Assembly (NCBI GenBank): GCA_009914755.4
Contig: CP086569.2
Span: forward strand, 17,856,001 to 17,920,000
DNA length: 64,000 nt
Direction: 5' to 3'
Origin: the human T2T-CHM13v2.0 reference genome, Homo sapiens
The translations under genes and the position numbers were made by a program. This document shows positions 1-10,450 of the stretch, piece by piece (position 1 is the stretch's first letter; every line of letters begins with the position of its first letter). The notes beneath the pieces are model-generated. The model saw only the letters and a list, made by a program, of their open reading frames with translations. It did not search any database and had not been told where the DNA came from.

Positions 1-3000
1 TTCAAGAGGTTGGCGAACTCCCTCTCCTAGCCAAGGGAAGCAATTAGGGATGGTACTGTGCACTTCCGCCCAGATATTGCACATTTCCCACCATCTTCAC
101 AAGCTGCAGATCAGGAGAATCCCTTCAGTGCCTATTCCTCTAGGGGCCTGGGTTTGCGGCATAAAACTAGGAAGCTGTTTGGGTAGATAACAAACAATCC
201 ACAGGAGTTTGTTTTCATACCCCACTGGCACCTGGGATGCCAGTGGAAAAGAACTGTTCACTCCCCTGGAAAGGGGGCTGAAGCCAGGGAGCCAAATGGT
301 CTGGCTCAGTGGGTCACAGCCCCATGGAGCCCAGCAAGCTAAGATGCACTGGCTTGACATTCTTGCACCAGCACACCAGTCTGAGTTCAACTTGGGATGC
401 TCAAGCTTGGGGGTGGGGAGGGGCATCTGCCTTTGCTGAAGCTTGGGTAGACAGCTTCACCCTCACAATGTAAACAAAGCTGCAGGCAATTTCAAATTGG
501 GCACAGCCCACAGAGGCTAGGCAAGGCCACTGGAACAAGACTGCCTTTCTAGATTCCCTCCCATTGGGACAGGGATCTCTGGAAAAAAGGCAGCAACCTT
601 AGTCAGAGGCTTATAGATAAAACACATCCCTGGGACAGAGGACCTGGGGAAAGGGGAAGTTGTGGGAACAGCTTCAGCAGACTTAAACATCCCTGCCTGG
701 CCATTCTGAAGACATTAGGGGATCTTCCAGACATCGTTCACTAACTGATAAGGAACAGTCTGCCTCCTCATGTGGGTCCCTGATCCCCATGTATCCTGAG
801 AGGGAGACACCTCTCAGTAGGTGCCAACAGACACATCATACAGGAGAGCTCTAGCTGTCATCTGGTGGGTGCCCCTCTGGGATGACACTTCCAGGGGGAA
901 GAACAGGCAGCAATCTTTGCTGTTCCCCAGGCTCTGCAAGTGATACCAGAGCAAACATGGTATGGAGTGGACCTCCAGCAAGCTCCAGTAGACCTGCAGC
1001 AGAGGGGCCTGACTGTTAGAAGGAAAACTAACAAACAGAAATGAATAGTATCAACACCAACAAAGGACATCCACTCAGAGACCCAATCAGAAGGTCACTG
1101 ACTTCAAAGGCCAAAGATAAATAAATCCAGGAAGATTGGGAGAAAACAGTGCAAAAAGCCTGAAATTTCCAAAAGCAGAATGGTTTTTATCCTCCAAAGG
1201 ATCACGACTGCTCACCAGCAAGGGAACAAAACTGGATGGGGAAGGAGTTTGATGAATTGACAGAGTAGGGTTCAGAAGGTGGGTAATAACAAATTCATCC
1301 AAGCTAAAGGAGCATGTTCTAACCCAATGCAAGGAAGCTAGGAACATTGAAAAGAGGTTAGACAAATTGCTAACTAGAATAACCAGTTTAGAGAAGAAAA
1401 TAAATGACCTGATGGAGCTGAAAAACACAGAATGAGAACTTCATGAAGTATACATAATTATCAGTAATCAAATTGATCAAGCAGAAGAAAGGATATAAGA
1501 GATTAAAGATCAACTTAACGAAACAAAATGGGAAGACAAGATTAGAGAAAAAAGACTGAAAAGAAACCAACAAAGCCTCCAAGAAATATGGGGCTACGTG
1601 AAAAGACTAAACCTACATTTGATGGGTCTACCTGAAAGTAACGGGGAGAATGGAACCAAGTTGGAAAACACTCTTCAGGATATTATCCAGGAGAACTTCC
1701 CCAACCAAGCAACGCAGGCCAACATTTGAATTCAGGAAATACAGAGAACACCACAAAAATAATCCTTGAGAGGAGCAACCCCAAGACACATAATTGTCAG
1801 ATTCACCAAGGTTGAAATGAAGGAAAAAATGTTAAGGGCAGCCAGAGAGAAAGGTCGGGTTACTCCCAAAGGGAAGCCCATCAGACTAACAGCAAATCTC
1901 TCAGGAGAAACCCTATAAGACAGAAAAGAGTAGGGGCCAATATTCAACATTCTTACAAGAGCTCGTGAAGGAAGCACTAAACATGGAAAGGAACAACCGG
2001 TAACAGCCAGTGCAAAAACATACCAAACTGTAAAGGTCATTGTCACTATGAATAAACTGCATCAACTAACTGGCAAAGTAACCACCTAGCATCATAATAA
2101 AAAGATCAAATTCACATATAACAATATTAAATATGAACAGGCTAAATGCCCCAATTAAAAGACAGACAGGAAAATTGGCTAAAGAGTAATCCATCAGTGT
2201 GCTGTATTTAAGAGACCCTTCTCACATGCAAACAGGCACATAGCCTCAAAATAAAAGGAGAGAGGAATATTTATCAAGTAAATGGAAAATAAAAAATTAC
2301 GGGTTGCTATGCCATCCTCTGTTAAAACAGACTTTAAACCAACAACAATCAAAAGAGACAAAGAAGGGCATTACATAATGGTAAATGAATCAATTCAACA
2401 AGAAGAGATATAATAAATAAATATGCACCCAATTCAGGGGCACCTAGATTTATAAAGCAGGTTCTTAGAGCCCTTCAAAGAGACTTAGACTCCCACACAA
2501 TAGTAGTGGGAGACTTTAACACCCCACAGTCAGTATTAGACAGATCAACAAGACAAAAAATTAACAACGAGATTCAGGACTTGAACTCATCTGTGAACTG
2601 AGCAGACCTAGTAGACATCTCCAGAACTCTCTCCCCTAAATCAACATAAGGTACATTATTCTCTGAACCACATTGCACTTATTCTAAAATTTACCACAAA
2701 ATTGGAAGTAAAACAGTTCTGAGCAATTGCAAAACAATGGAAATCATAACAAGCTCTCATATCACAGAGGAACCAATTTAGAACTCAGGATTAAGAAACT
2801 CAAAACTGCAAAACTACATGGAAACTTAACAACCTGCTCCTGAGTGACTGCTGGGTAGACATAAAAGGCAGGCAGAAATAAAGATATTCTTTGACACCAA
2901 TGAGAACAAAGACTCAATGTACCAGAATCTCTGGGACACATTTAAAGAAGTGTGTAGAGAAAAATTTATTGCACTAAATGCCCACAAGAGAAAGGAGGAA

Positions 3001-4178
3001 AGATCTAAAATTTACACCCTAGACTAAATGAAGCTTTCAGTTTTAGGTCATGCCTTTGAAATACTTAAAGAGAAATTTTAATGTAATACATTTACGAATG
3101 CAATTTTAAAAAAGGAACTAGAGAAGCAAGAACAAAGCAATTCAAAAGCTAGCAGAAGATAAGAAATAACTAAGATTCAGCAGAACGGAAGGAGTTAGAG
3201 TCACAAAAACCCCTTCAAAAAATCAGTGAATCCAGAAGCTGTTTTTTATAAAGATTAAAAAAAAAAAAGGATAGACCACTAGCCAAGCTAATAAAAAAGA
3301 AAAGGAGAAGATTCAAATAGATGCATTAAAAAATGATAAATGGCAAAACACCACCGTTCCCACAGAAATACAAACTATGATAAGAGAATACTATAAACAC
3401 CTCTCACCTCTACTTAGGTAAATAAGCTAGAAAATCTAGACAAAATGGATAAATTCTTGGATATGCACAGCCTCCCAAGACTAAACCAGAAAGAAGCCAA
3501 ATCCCTGAATAGACCAATAACAAGTTCTGAAATTGAGGCAGCAATTAATAGCCTACCAACAACAAAAAAAAGGCCAGGATTATATGGATTCACAGCTGAA
3601 TTCTACCAGAGGTACAAAGAGGAGCTGGTAACATACCTTCTGAAACTATTCCAAACAATAGAAGAAGAAGGAATCCTCCCTAACTCATTTTACGAGGCCA
3701 GCATCATACTGATACCAAAACCTGGCAGAGGCACAACAAAAAAAGAAACTGTCAGGCCAATATCCCTGATGAATATTGATGAGAAAATCTTCAATAAAAT
3801 ACTAGCAAAGTGACTCCAGCAGCACACCAAAAAGCTTGTCCACAACAATCAAGTCAGCTTCATATCTGGGATGCAAGTCTGGTTCAACACCTATAAATCA
3901 ATAAATGTAATCCATCACATAAACAGAACCGACGACAAAAATCGCATGATTACGTTAACAGATGCAGAAAAGGCCTTGACAAAATTCAGCATCCCTTCAT
4001 GCTAAAAACTCTCAATAAACTAGGCATTCATGGAACATAACTCAAAATAATTAGAGCTATATATGACCATCCCACAGCCAAAATCATACTTAATGGGTAC
4101 AAACTGGAAGCATTCCCTTGGAAAACCGGCACAAAACAAGTATGCTATCTGTCACCCCTCCTGTTCAACATAGTATTG
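1..4178 (+). mobile_element. L1 (older L1PA/L1PB-type), 5' part, entering the window inside its 5' UTR: 5' UTR (~1-1150), degenerate ORF1 (~1150-2060), ORF2 N-terminal half (~2094-4178). The element is interrupted at 4178/4179 by a provirus and resumes at 10451
   Basis: 5' UTR ends with the ...ctgactgttagaaggaaaactaacaaacagaaa motif. ORF1-like text (QSLQEIWGYVKRLNL.., [30 protein letters not shown]) and ORF2 text (endonuclease, [28 protein letters not shown]) are present but broken by stops and frameshifts. Sequence across the interruption is colinear with L1 ORF2 (..FNIVL | [14 protein letters not shown]..). Confidence 0.85.
4173..4178. repeat. Target-site duplication GTATTG, 5' copy, of the provirus insertion
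   Basis: The hexamer GTATTG lies immediately before the 5' LTR TG and is repeated at 10451-10456 immediately after the 3' LTR CA. It belongs to the host L1 ORF2 sequence ..catagtattg|gaagtt.. Confidence 0.85.
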
Positions 4179-5177
4179 TGTGGTAGGCAAGCCACCCAGG
4201 TGCCGAGACGAGAGACCGAGGACATGAGCTCTTCCAGTATAATAAAATATACAATAAGAATAGTTATACCAGACATAGATCTTAGATATGATTATATATG
4301 AATATCATTAATCAATAGTGGGTAACAATTACTCTTTATTCCAATATTATAATAATCCTCACTCTATAATCATAACCCAGGAAAAGCCAGGCCATACAGA
4401 GATAGGAGTTGAGGAGACATAGTGAGAAGTGACCAGAAGATAACAGGGTGAGCCTTCTGTTATGCCCAGCCAGGGCCACCATAGGGCTCCTTGTTCTAGT
4501 GGTAACTCCAGCATCTGGGAAGACGCACATTGCCAAGTGGACCATGGTCTAGTGGTAGACTTAAGTGTCAAGGAAAAACACCCGCTACTTAGCAGACCAG
4601 CAAAGGGAGTCTCCTTTTCCCAGGGGGAGTTTAGAGAAGACTCTACTCCTCTACCTCTTGTGGAGGGCCTGACTTGTGAGGCCCACTTTCAGTTATCCAG
4701 AGGCCTAACAGTCTCCCAGTGATGCTGTGCTTCAGTGGTCATGCTCTAGTCTGCCTTCATGTTCCTTCTTGTACACCTGGCTCTGCCGTTTAGTTAGCGG
4801 TAGCAAATTAGTGAAAGTACTAAAAGTCTCTGATAAGCAGAAATAATAATGTAAGCTGTTTCTCTCTTTCTCCTCCCTCTCTCTGCCTTGGCTGCCAGGC
4901 AGGAAAGGGCCCCCTGTCCAGTGGACAAGTGATCCATGTGGCCTTACCCATCATTGGAGATGGCTCACACTCCTTATCCTGCCCCTTTCTCTTATATCCA
5001 ATAAATATCAGTGGCATTTGGGGCCACTACCAGTTTCCGCTTCCTGATGGTAGTGGTCCCCCTGGCCCAGCTGTCTTTTCTTTTATCTCTTTTTTATCTC
5101 TTGTGTCTTTATTTCTATGCTGTCTCATCTCCACACACAGGGAGAAACCCAGCAACCCTGTGGGGCTGGACCCTACA
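4179..5177 (+). mobile_element. Provirus 5' LTR, about 1.0 kb, TG...CA, with an AATAAA signal near 5001
   Basis: Starts tgtggtaggcaagccacccaggtg and ends ccctgtggggctggaccctaca. It is highly similar to 9456-10450. The LTR start differs from the HML-2 LTR5 start TGTGGGGAAAAGCAAGAGAG, so a non-HML-2 group is inferred. Confidence 0.8.
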
Positions 5178-5179
5178 TC

Positions 5180-5197
5180 TGGCGATCCGACGTAGGG
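5180..5197 (+). promoter_or_regulatory. Primer binding site, tRNA-Lys(1,2)-like, degenerate
   Basis: TGGCGATCCGACGTAGGG lies 2 nt after the LTR CA. It resembles the HERV-K PBS TGGCGCCCAACGTGGGGC with several substitutions. Confidence 0.55.
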
Positions 5198-5326
5198 CTC
5201 TCCCTCACTGTGTGAAGTTGCACACAGAGTGTGGGATTCAATGGAGGATTTTGACCAGAGATTTTTGAGGATTGCGATCAATAAGCTTGGTGGTAAGCTT
5301 GAGAATTCAGAGTATTCTGGGGACAC

Positions 5327-5900
5327 CATGGGACAAGTCACTACTAAGTAACTGGACTCGGCTACAGTCACAGGCTCCCTTGAGGCCTGGTTCCTCTCCT
5401 CCTAATCAGGCTCTGTTAGAGTCACAGGCTCCCTTGAAGCCTGGTTCTTTTCCTCCTAAATGGATGCGGTTAGAGTCACAGCCTCCCTTGAAGCCTGGTT
5501 TCTTCCTCCTAATTGGACTCGGCTAGAGTCACAGGCTCCCTTAAAGCCTGGTTCCTTTCCTCCTACTCAGACCCAATTAGAGTCACAGTCTCCCTTGAAG
5601 CCTGGTCCACAGTTGCGATGGCAGCCTGAATTTCAGGCCCATGAAAGACCTGCTCAGCAGGTAATCTCATCTACCCTTGTGGCTCACAAGCAACAAGTTA
5701 CATACATTCCTCAAAATGACACTCCACTTGTGAGGGCTATAGCACAGGCAAGAGAATATGGGGGTCCCAAAGCCTGGCAATTTCCTGTAATTTTACAACC
5801 TCCAGTACCTGCCACCCCAGCAGCAGAAAATCACTCACAGCCTGTTGTTAGTCTTGCTCAGCAGGTGGCTGATCTCATGGTACTTTCATACTCTATGTTA
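5327..5900 (+). pseudogene. gag remnant. The start codon context MGQVTTK is immediately followed by a stop. Next comes a proline-rich region expanded as 5 copies of a 57-bp repeat, then a p15-like KAWQFPVILQPP segment. The MA domain, CA/NC, protease and most of RT are deleted
   Basis: atgggacaagtcactactaagtaa at 5327, matching the HERV-K Gag start MGQTKSK. The repeat unit is agagtcacaggctcccttgaagcctggttc(c/t)tttcctcctaa.. and encodes (L)ESQAPLKPGSFPP. AWQFPV matches HML-2 Gag EAWQFPVTLEP. Confidence 0.6.
5353..5630 (+). repeat. 57-bp tandem repeat, about 5 copies, within the gag proline-rich region
   Basis: The repeated blocks ..gtcacaggctcccttgaggcctggttcctctcctcctaatcaggctctgttagagtcacaggctcccttgaagcctggttcttttcctcctaaatggatgcggttagagtcacagcctccc.. 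are read directly from the sequence. Confidence 0.8.
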
Positions 5901-6048
5901 ATATCTTGTTTTTCTACAGTACAACAAGCAGTTGCAGTAGCCTTTTTAGTTATTGCCCCAGAAAAAATCCAGACCTCTTCTCCTTATCACTATTTAGGAA
6001 TGCAGCTAAAAGACAAGGTTATTAAGCAACCCCCCCAAAAAAAATATA

Positions 6049-7395
6049 TTGTTCCTCTCACCAAATTACAAGTTCAACAAACTTTTGCAACTTGCATCGC
6101 TTGCAAGTATATTTGGCAGGTTTCCTGGTATAATTGATAATAACTCTCCTAATGTAAAATTATTTCAGTTCCTTAAACTCACTTCTTGGATTTTATCTAA
6201 CATTACTAGAAATACCTCATTAGCTGAAGCTATCACTGTTTTCACTGATGCTTCCTGTAATGGCCAAACAGCATATACAGGGCCAAGAGGACGTGTTCTT
6301 ACCACAGGAACTATCTCAGCACAAAGAGCTGAGCTGCTTGCTGTTATGGCTGTCCTTGAAGATTTTCCTGAACCAGTTAACATTGTCTCTGACTCAGCAT
6401 ATGTCATACATGTTGCTCTCAAAATTGAAACTGCCTTAATCAAATTTGTGCCTGTTGATAATCTATTCTTTCTTTTTCAAAGATTTCAGTCTGTGCTCAG
6501 AGCAAGGTCTTCTCCTTTCTACATTACTCACATTTGGGCCTACACACCCCTCCCCAGACCCCTCTCAGCAGCAAATGCCAGAGCTGATATATTAGTTACT
6601 CCCATTTTTATAGATGCAGAAAATTTTCATGCTTTACCTAATGCCAATGCTGTGGGACTCTGAAAAAAGTTCCCCCTTACATGGAAACAAGCTAAAACCA
6701 TTGTATGTCACTATCCTACCTGTCAGGTGTGAATTTTACAGGCACTTTCTTCAGGAGTCAAGCCTGCAGGACTTTCACAGAATGCTCTCTGGCAAACGGA
6801 CATGACTCATTATCCTGCTTTTGGCAAGCTTTCTTTTATACATGTAACTATTGGTACCTTTTCTCATTTTATTTGGGTCACTTGTCAAATAGGAGGAAGA
6901 ACAGCTCATGTTAAATGGCATACGCTTTCCTGTTTCTTGGTTATGGGTTGTCCTGAGAAACTAAAAACTGATAACAGGCCCTGCTACACTAGTGCTGCTT
7001 TTAAAAAGTTCACTCAAACATGGGCAATTATTCATACAACTGGCATCCCCTATAATTCTCAAGGACAGGCCTTGGTTGAATAAGCCAATAAAACACTCAA
7101 AGATCAACTTTGAAAACTGGATACTAAATCAAAGGGAGACGCTGCTTCTCCTCATGCCCAACTAAATATGGTTCTTTTTACACTAAATTTCTTAAGTCTA
7201 ACAAGAAATCTACCTTTTACAGTGGCAGAACAACATTTCACTGGAAATAAATTTGATCCACAAAAATCAATGTGTGTACGGTGGAAGGATGCAAAAACTA
7301 ACACATGGGAATTAGGCACGGTCATAACTTGCGGTAGACGTTTTGCTTGCGTTTCCCCAGAAAAAGGACTACAGCCTGTGTGGGTCCCCTCCTGA
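6049..7395 (+). pseudogene. pol remnant: RT C-terminus/RNase H (~6050-6600) and integrase (~6610-7395), frameshifted with internal stops
   Basis: RNase H: ITVFTDASCNGQTAYTG..AQRAELLAVMAVL..IVSDSAYV..ITHIWAYTPLPRPLSAANARAD. Integrase: [26 protein letters not shown] and LVE (catalytic DDE-core-like) motifs. Confidence 0.75.
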
Positions 7396-7423
7396 AAATT
7401 AAAATTGCACCATAACTCCAAAG

Positions 7424-9418
7424 ATGAAATGCTCCCACAAACAAAAGGCAAAGACCCGTCTGAAACCAAAGAGCAACTTTCACCGCCTGACACATAAACT
7501 TCATGACCTCCACATTGAGACAAGATCTTGCCATGTGACATACAACACTGCTCGTTCAACTCCACCAACATGGGGTCAAATAAAGGTTTCATCTCATCAA
7601 ACAGAAAATTTCTTAAAAGAAAAAGTCACTCCAAAAACGACCAGTAATATGATTCTGGCTGCCTTTATGGTAGTCAGTGCAGCGTTAAGTATACCACCGG
7701 TTAGGGCAATACATAATTATACTTACTGGGAATATGTTCCTTTTCCCCCTCTAATTCGGTCTGTCTCCTGGATGGACTCCCCAGTAGAAGTTTACACTAA
7801 TAATAGTGCATTCATGTCGGTCTCTAATGATGATTGGTTACCAGCTCAACCAGAAGAAGACGGTATGCACTTTAATCTGTCAATTGGCTATAAATATCTA
7901 CCACTATGCATTGGGGTGTTGCCTGGCTGTTTAGCTTATTCTCACCAGAATTGGATGTGGACCATACCATCCTTTACAAATGATTCTTATTAAGTACATA
8001 ATGTGTTCAGGACCAATTCTTTTCAACTTCTCACTGTCAAACTTGCTCCTCATGAGGAATGGAGAGTTCCTGTCACTACCAAAATTAATAAAACAAAAGG
8101 ACTGCCAGACTGCCTAAAGAAACCTACAAAGGGACCTTTTATAGTGACTTCAATTTTATGGAATAATTGTAATGCTCCCAAGGCCATTGTGCTCCAAAGT
8201 CTAGCCATGGGTATTGTTATTCATTGGGCTCCAAAAGGGCATTAGTGTCAAGATTGCTCTGGCAAAAATACCTCATGCTTGGAATTTAATTATTTGTTAG
8301 ATTATATACAGGCTGAGACAATGGATGCCTCCTTACCCATTTAAATGGATGTACGCAGACACTGCTCCTCCTAGACCAAAAACGATTCATCCCTTTCTTA
8401 CCCCAAAACATCCTCAACTATGAAAATTAGCTGCAGCTATGACAGGAATAAGGATATGGAACACTACCTATCAATTCCTTCACACTAATTCCAAAACACC
8501 CACATTCAACATCACCTTCATATCTGAATGGGAGATACCCATCAGGAGCTGCGTCAAACACCCTTACATGCTGTTGGTTGGAAAAATAATTATCATTCCC
8601 AACACACAAACTGTAGAATGTGGTAACTGTAAGCTGTTCACATGCATTGATGCTACTTTTAATCCCACTACAAGTATTCTCTTGGTAAGGGCTAGGGAGG
8701 GGGTATGGATACCAGTTTCTTTACATCATCCTTCAGAGTCTTCCCTGTCTATTCACATAGTCAGTGAAGTTCTTAAAGGTACCCTCAAAAGAACAAGAGA
8801 TTTATTTTTACTCTTATTGCAGTCATTGCAGGACTAATTGCTGTTACTGCAACAGCAGCCGCTGCTGGAATTGCCATACAAAATTCTGTTCAATCTGCTT
8901 AATAAGTTGAAGCATGGCAAAAAAACTCCTCCAGACGTTGGAATTCTCAGGCTCAAATTGATCAAAAATTAGCTCATCAAATTAATGATCTCTGCCAAAG
9001 TGTAATCTGGCTGGGAGTTAGAGTTATGAACTTGGAACATCGTATAAAATTACAGTGTGATTAGAGTACTTCTGATTATTGCATAATGCCTTATACTTAT
9101 AATAAAGATCAACAGAGCTGGAAAAAGGTCTCAAGGCATTTAAAAGCCTGGGATGATAACTTAACCTTGGATATTTCAAAACTTGAGCAAATTTTTGAGG
9201 CATCACAAGCTCATTTATCCTCTCTTCCTGGCTCACACATTTTTGAAGGCATAACTAAACAATTATCTGATTTTAATCCCTTCAAATGGATCAAACCCCT
9301 TAGAGGATCATTGTTGTTACTGGCGTTCTTATTATTGTATGCTTATGTTGTCTCCTTTTGGTCTGCAGATGCCTCCAAGGAGCCCAAAACCACGTCTGAA
9401 GTCAATGACAAGCAATGA
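7424..9418 (+). pseudogene. env remnant (signal peptide, SU, TM) split into at least 5 ORF fragments by stops and frameshifts
   Basis: ORFs 7424-7993, 8003-8245, 8439-8837 and 9086-9418 translate to segments colinear with HERV-K Env, including TM heptad/immunosuppressive-region-like [33 protein letters not shown] and the membrane anchor [14 protein letters not shown]. Confidence 0.8.
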
Positions 9419-9455
9419 TGGTGATGGCGATCTTAGTTAATAAAAAGAGGGGAGA

Positions 9456-10450
9456 TGTGGGTGGCAAGCCACCCAGGTGCTGAGGCAAGAGACAGAGGAC
9501 ATGAGCTCTTCCAGTATCATAAAATATAAAATAAGAATAGTTATACCAGATATAGATCTTAGATATGATTATATATGAATATCAATCATTAGTAGCAGTT
9601 ACTCTTTATTCCAATATTATAATAATCCCCTCTCTATAATCATAACCTAGGAAAAGCCAGGCCATATAGAGATAGGAGCTAAGGAGACATAGTGAGAAGT
9701 GACCGAAGACAAGAGTGCGAGCCTTCTGTTATGCCCAGACAGGGCCACCAGAGGGCTCCTTGGTCTAGTGGTAATGCGAACATCTGGGAAGACACCCATT
9801 GCCAAGCGGACTGCGGTCTAGCAGTAGCGTTAGTGTCAAGGAAAAACACCCTCTACTTAGCAGACCAGGAAAGGGAGTCTCCCTTTCCCAGGAGGAATTT
9901 GGAGATCACTCTACTCCTCCACCTCTTGTGGAGTGCCTGACATTAGTCAGGCCCACCCACAGGTATCTGGAGGCCTAACCATCTCCCTGTGATGCTGTGC
10001 TTCAGTGGTCATGTTCCTAGTCCACCTTCATGTTCCATCTTGTACTCCTGGCTCTGCCATTTAGTTAGCAGTAGCAAATTAGTGAAAGTACTAAAAGTCT
10101 CTGATAAGCAGAAATAACAATATAAGCTGTTTCTCTCTTTCTCCTCTCTCTCTCTGCCACAGCTGCCAGGCAGGGAAGAGCACTTTGTTCTGTGGACACA
10201 TGACCCATGTAGCCTTACCTATCATTGGAGATGGCTCACACTCCTTATCCTGCCCCTTTTTCTTGTATCCAACAAATACCAGTGCAGCCTGGCATTCAAG
10301 GCCCCTACCGGTCTCTGTGCCTTGGTGGTAATGTTCCCCCAGGCCCAGCTGTCTTTTCTTTTATCTCTTTGTCTCGTGTCTTTATTTCTATGCTCTCTTA
10401 TCTCCGCACATAGGGAGAAACCTACCAACCCTGTGGGGCTGGCCCCTACA
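9456..10450 (+). mobile_element. Provirus 3' LTR, about 1.0 kb
   Basis: tgtgggtggcaagccacccaggtgctgagg...ccctgtggggctggcccctaca. It is a paralog of 4179-5177 with roughly 5-10% substitutions and small indels by eye. The AATAAA equivalent is mutated to AACAAA. Confidence 0.8.

Larger units (their letters stand above)
4179..10450 (+). mobile_element. HERV-K-like (betaretrovirus, HML group other than HML-2) endogenous provirus, about 6.3 kb, internally deleted: 5'LTR-PBS-gag remnant-pol (RNase H, IN)-env-PPT-3'LTR
   Basis: Two directly repeated LTRs of about 1 kb beginning TGTGG and ending CCCTACA. A Lys-tRNA-like primer binding site (PBS) follows the 5' LTR. Env translation aligns to HERV-K Env (TYWEYVPFPPLIRSVSWMDSPVEVY.., [84 protein letters not shown]). 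Pol RNase H and integrase motifs are present. A polypurine tract AAAAAGAGGGGAGA sits at 9442-9455. A 6-bp target-site duplication flanks the element. Confidence 0.85.

Noticed and set aside
5460-6137. 225-aa ORF, the longest in the track apart from L1 ORF2
   Set aside because: It is a read-through of the HERV gag proline-rich tandem repeat, the gag p15-like segment and out-of-context pol remnants across a deletion junction. It is not a coherent protein.
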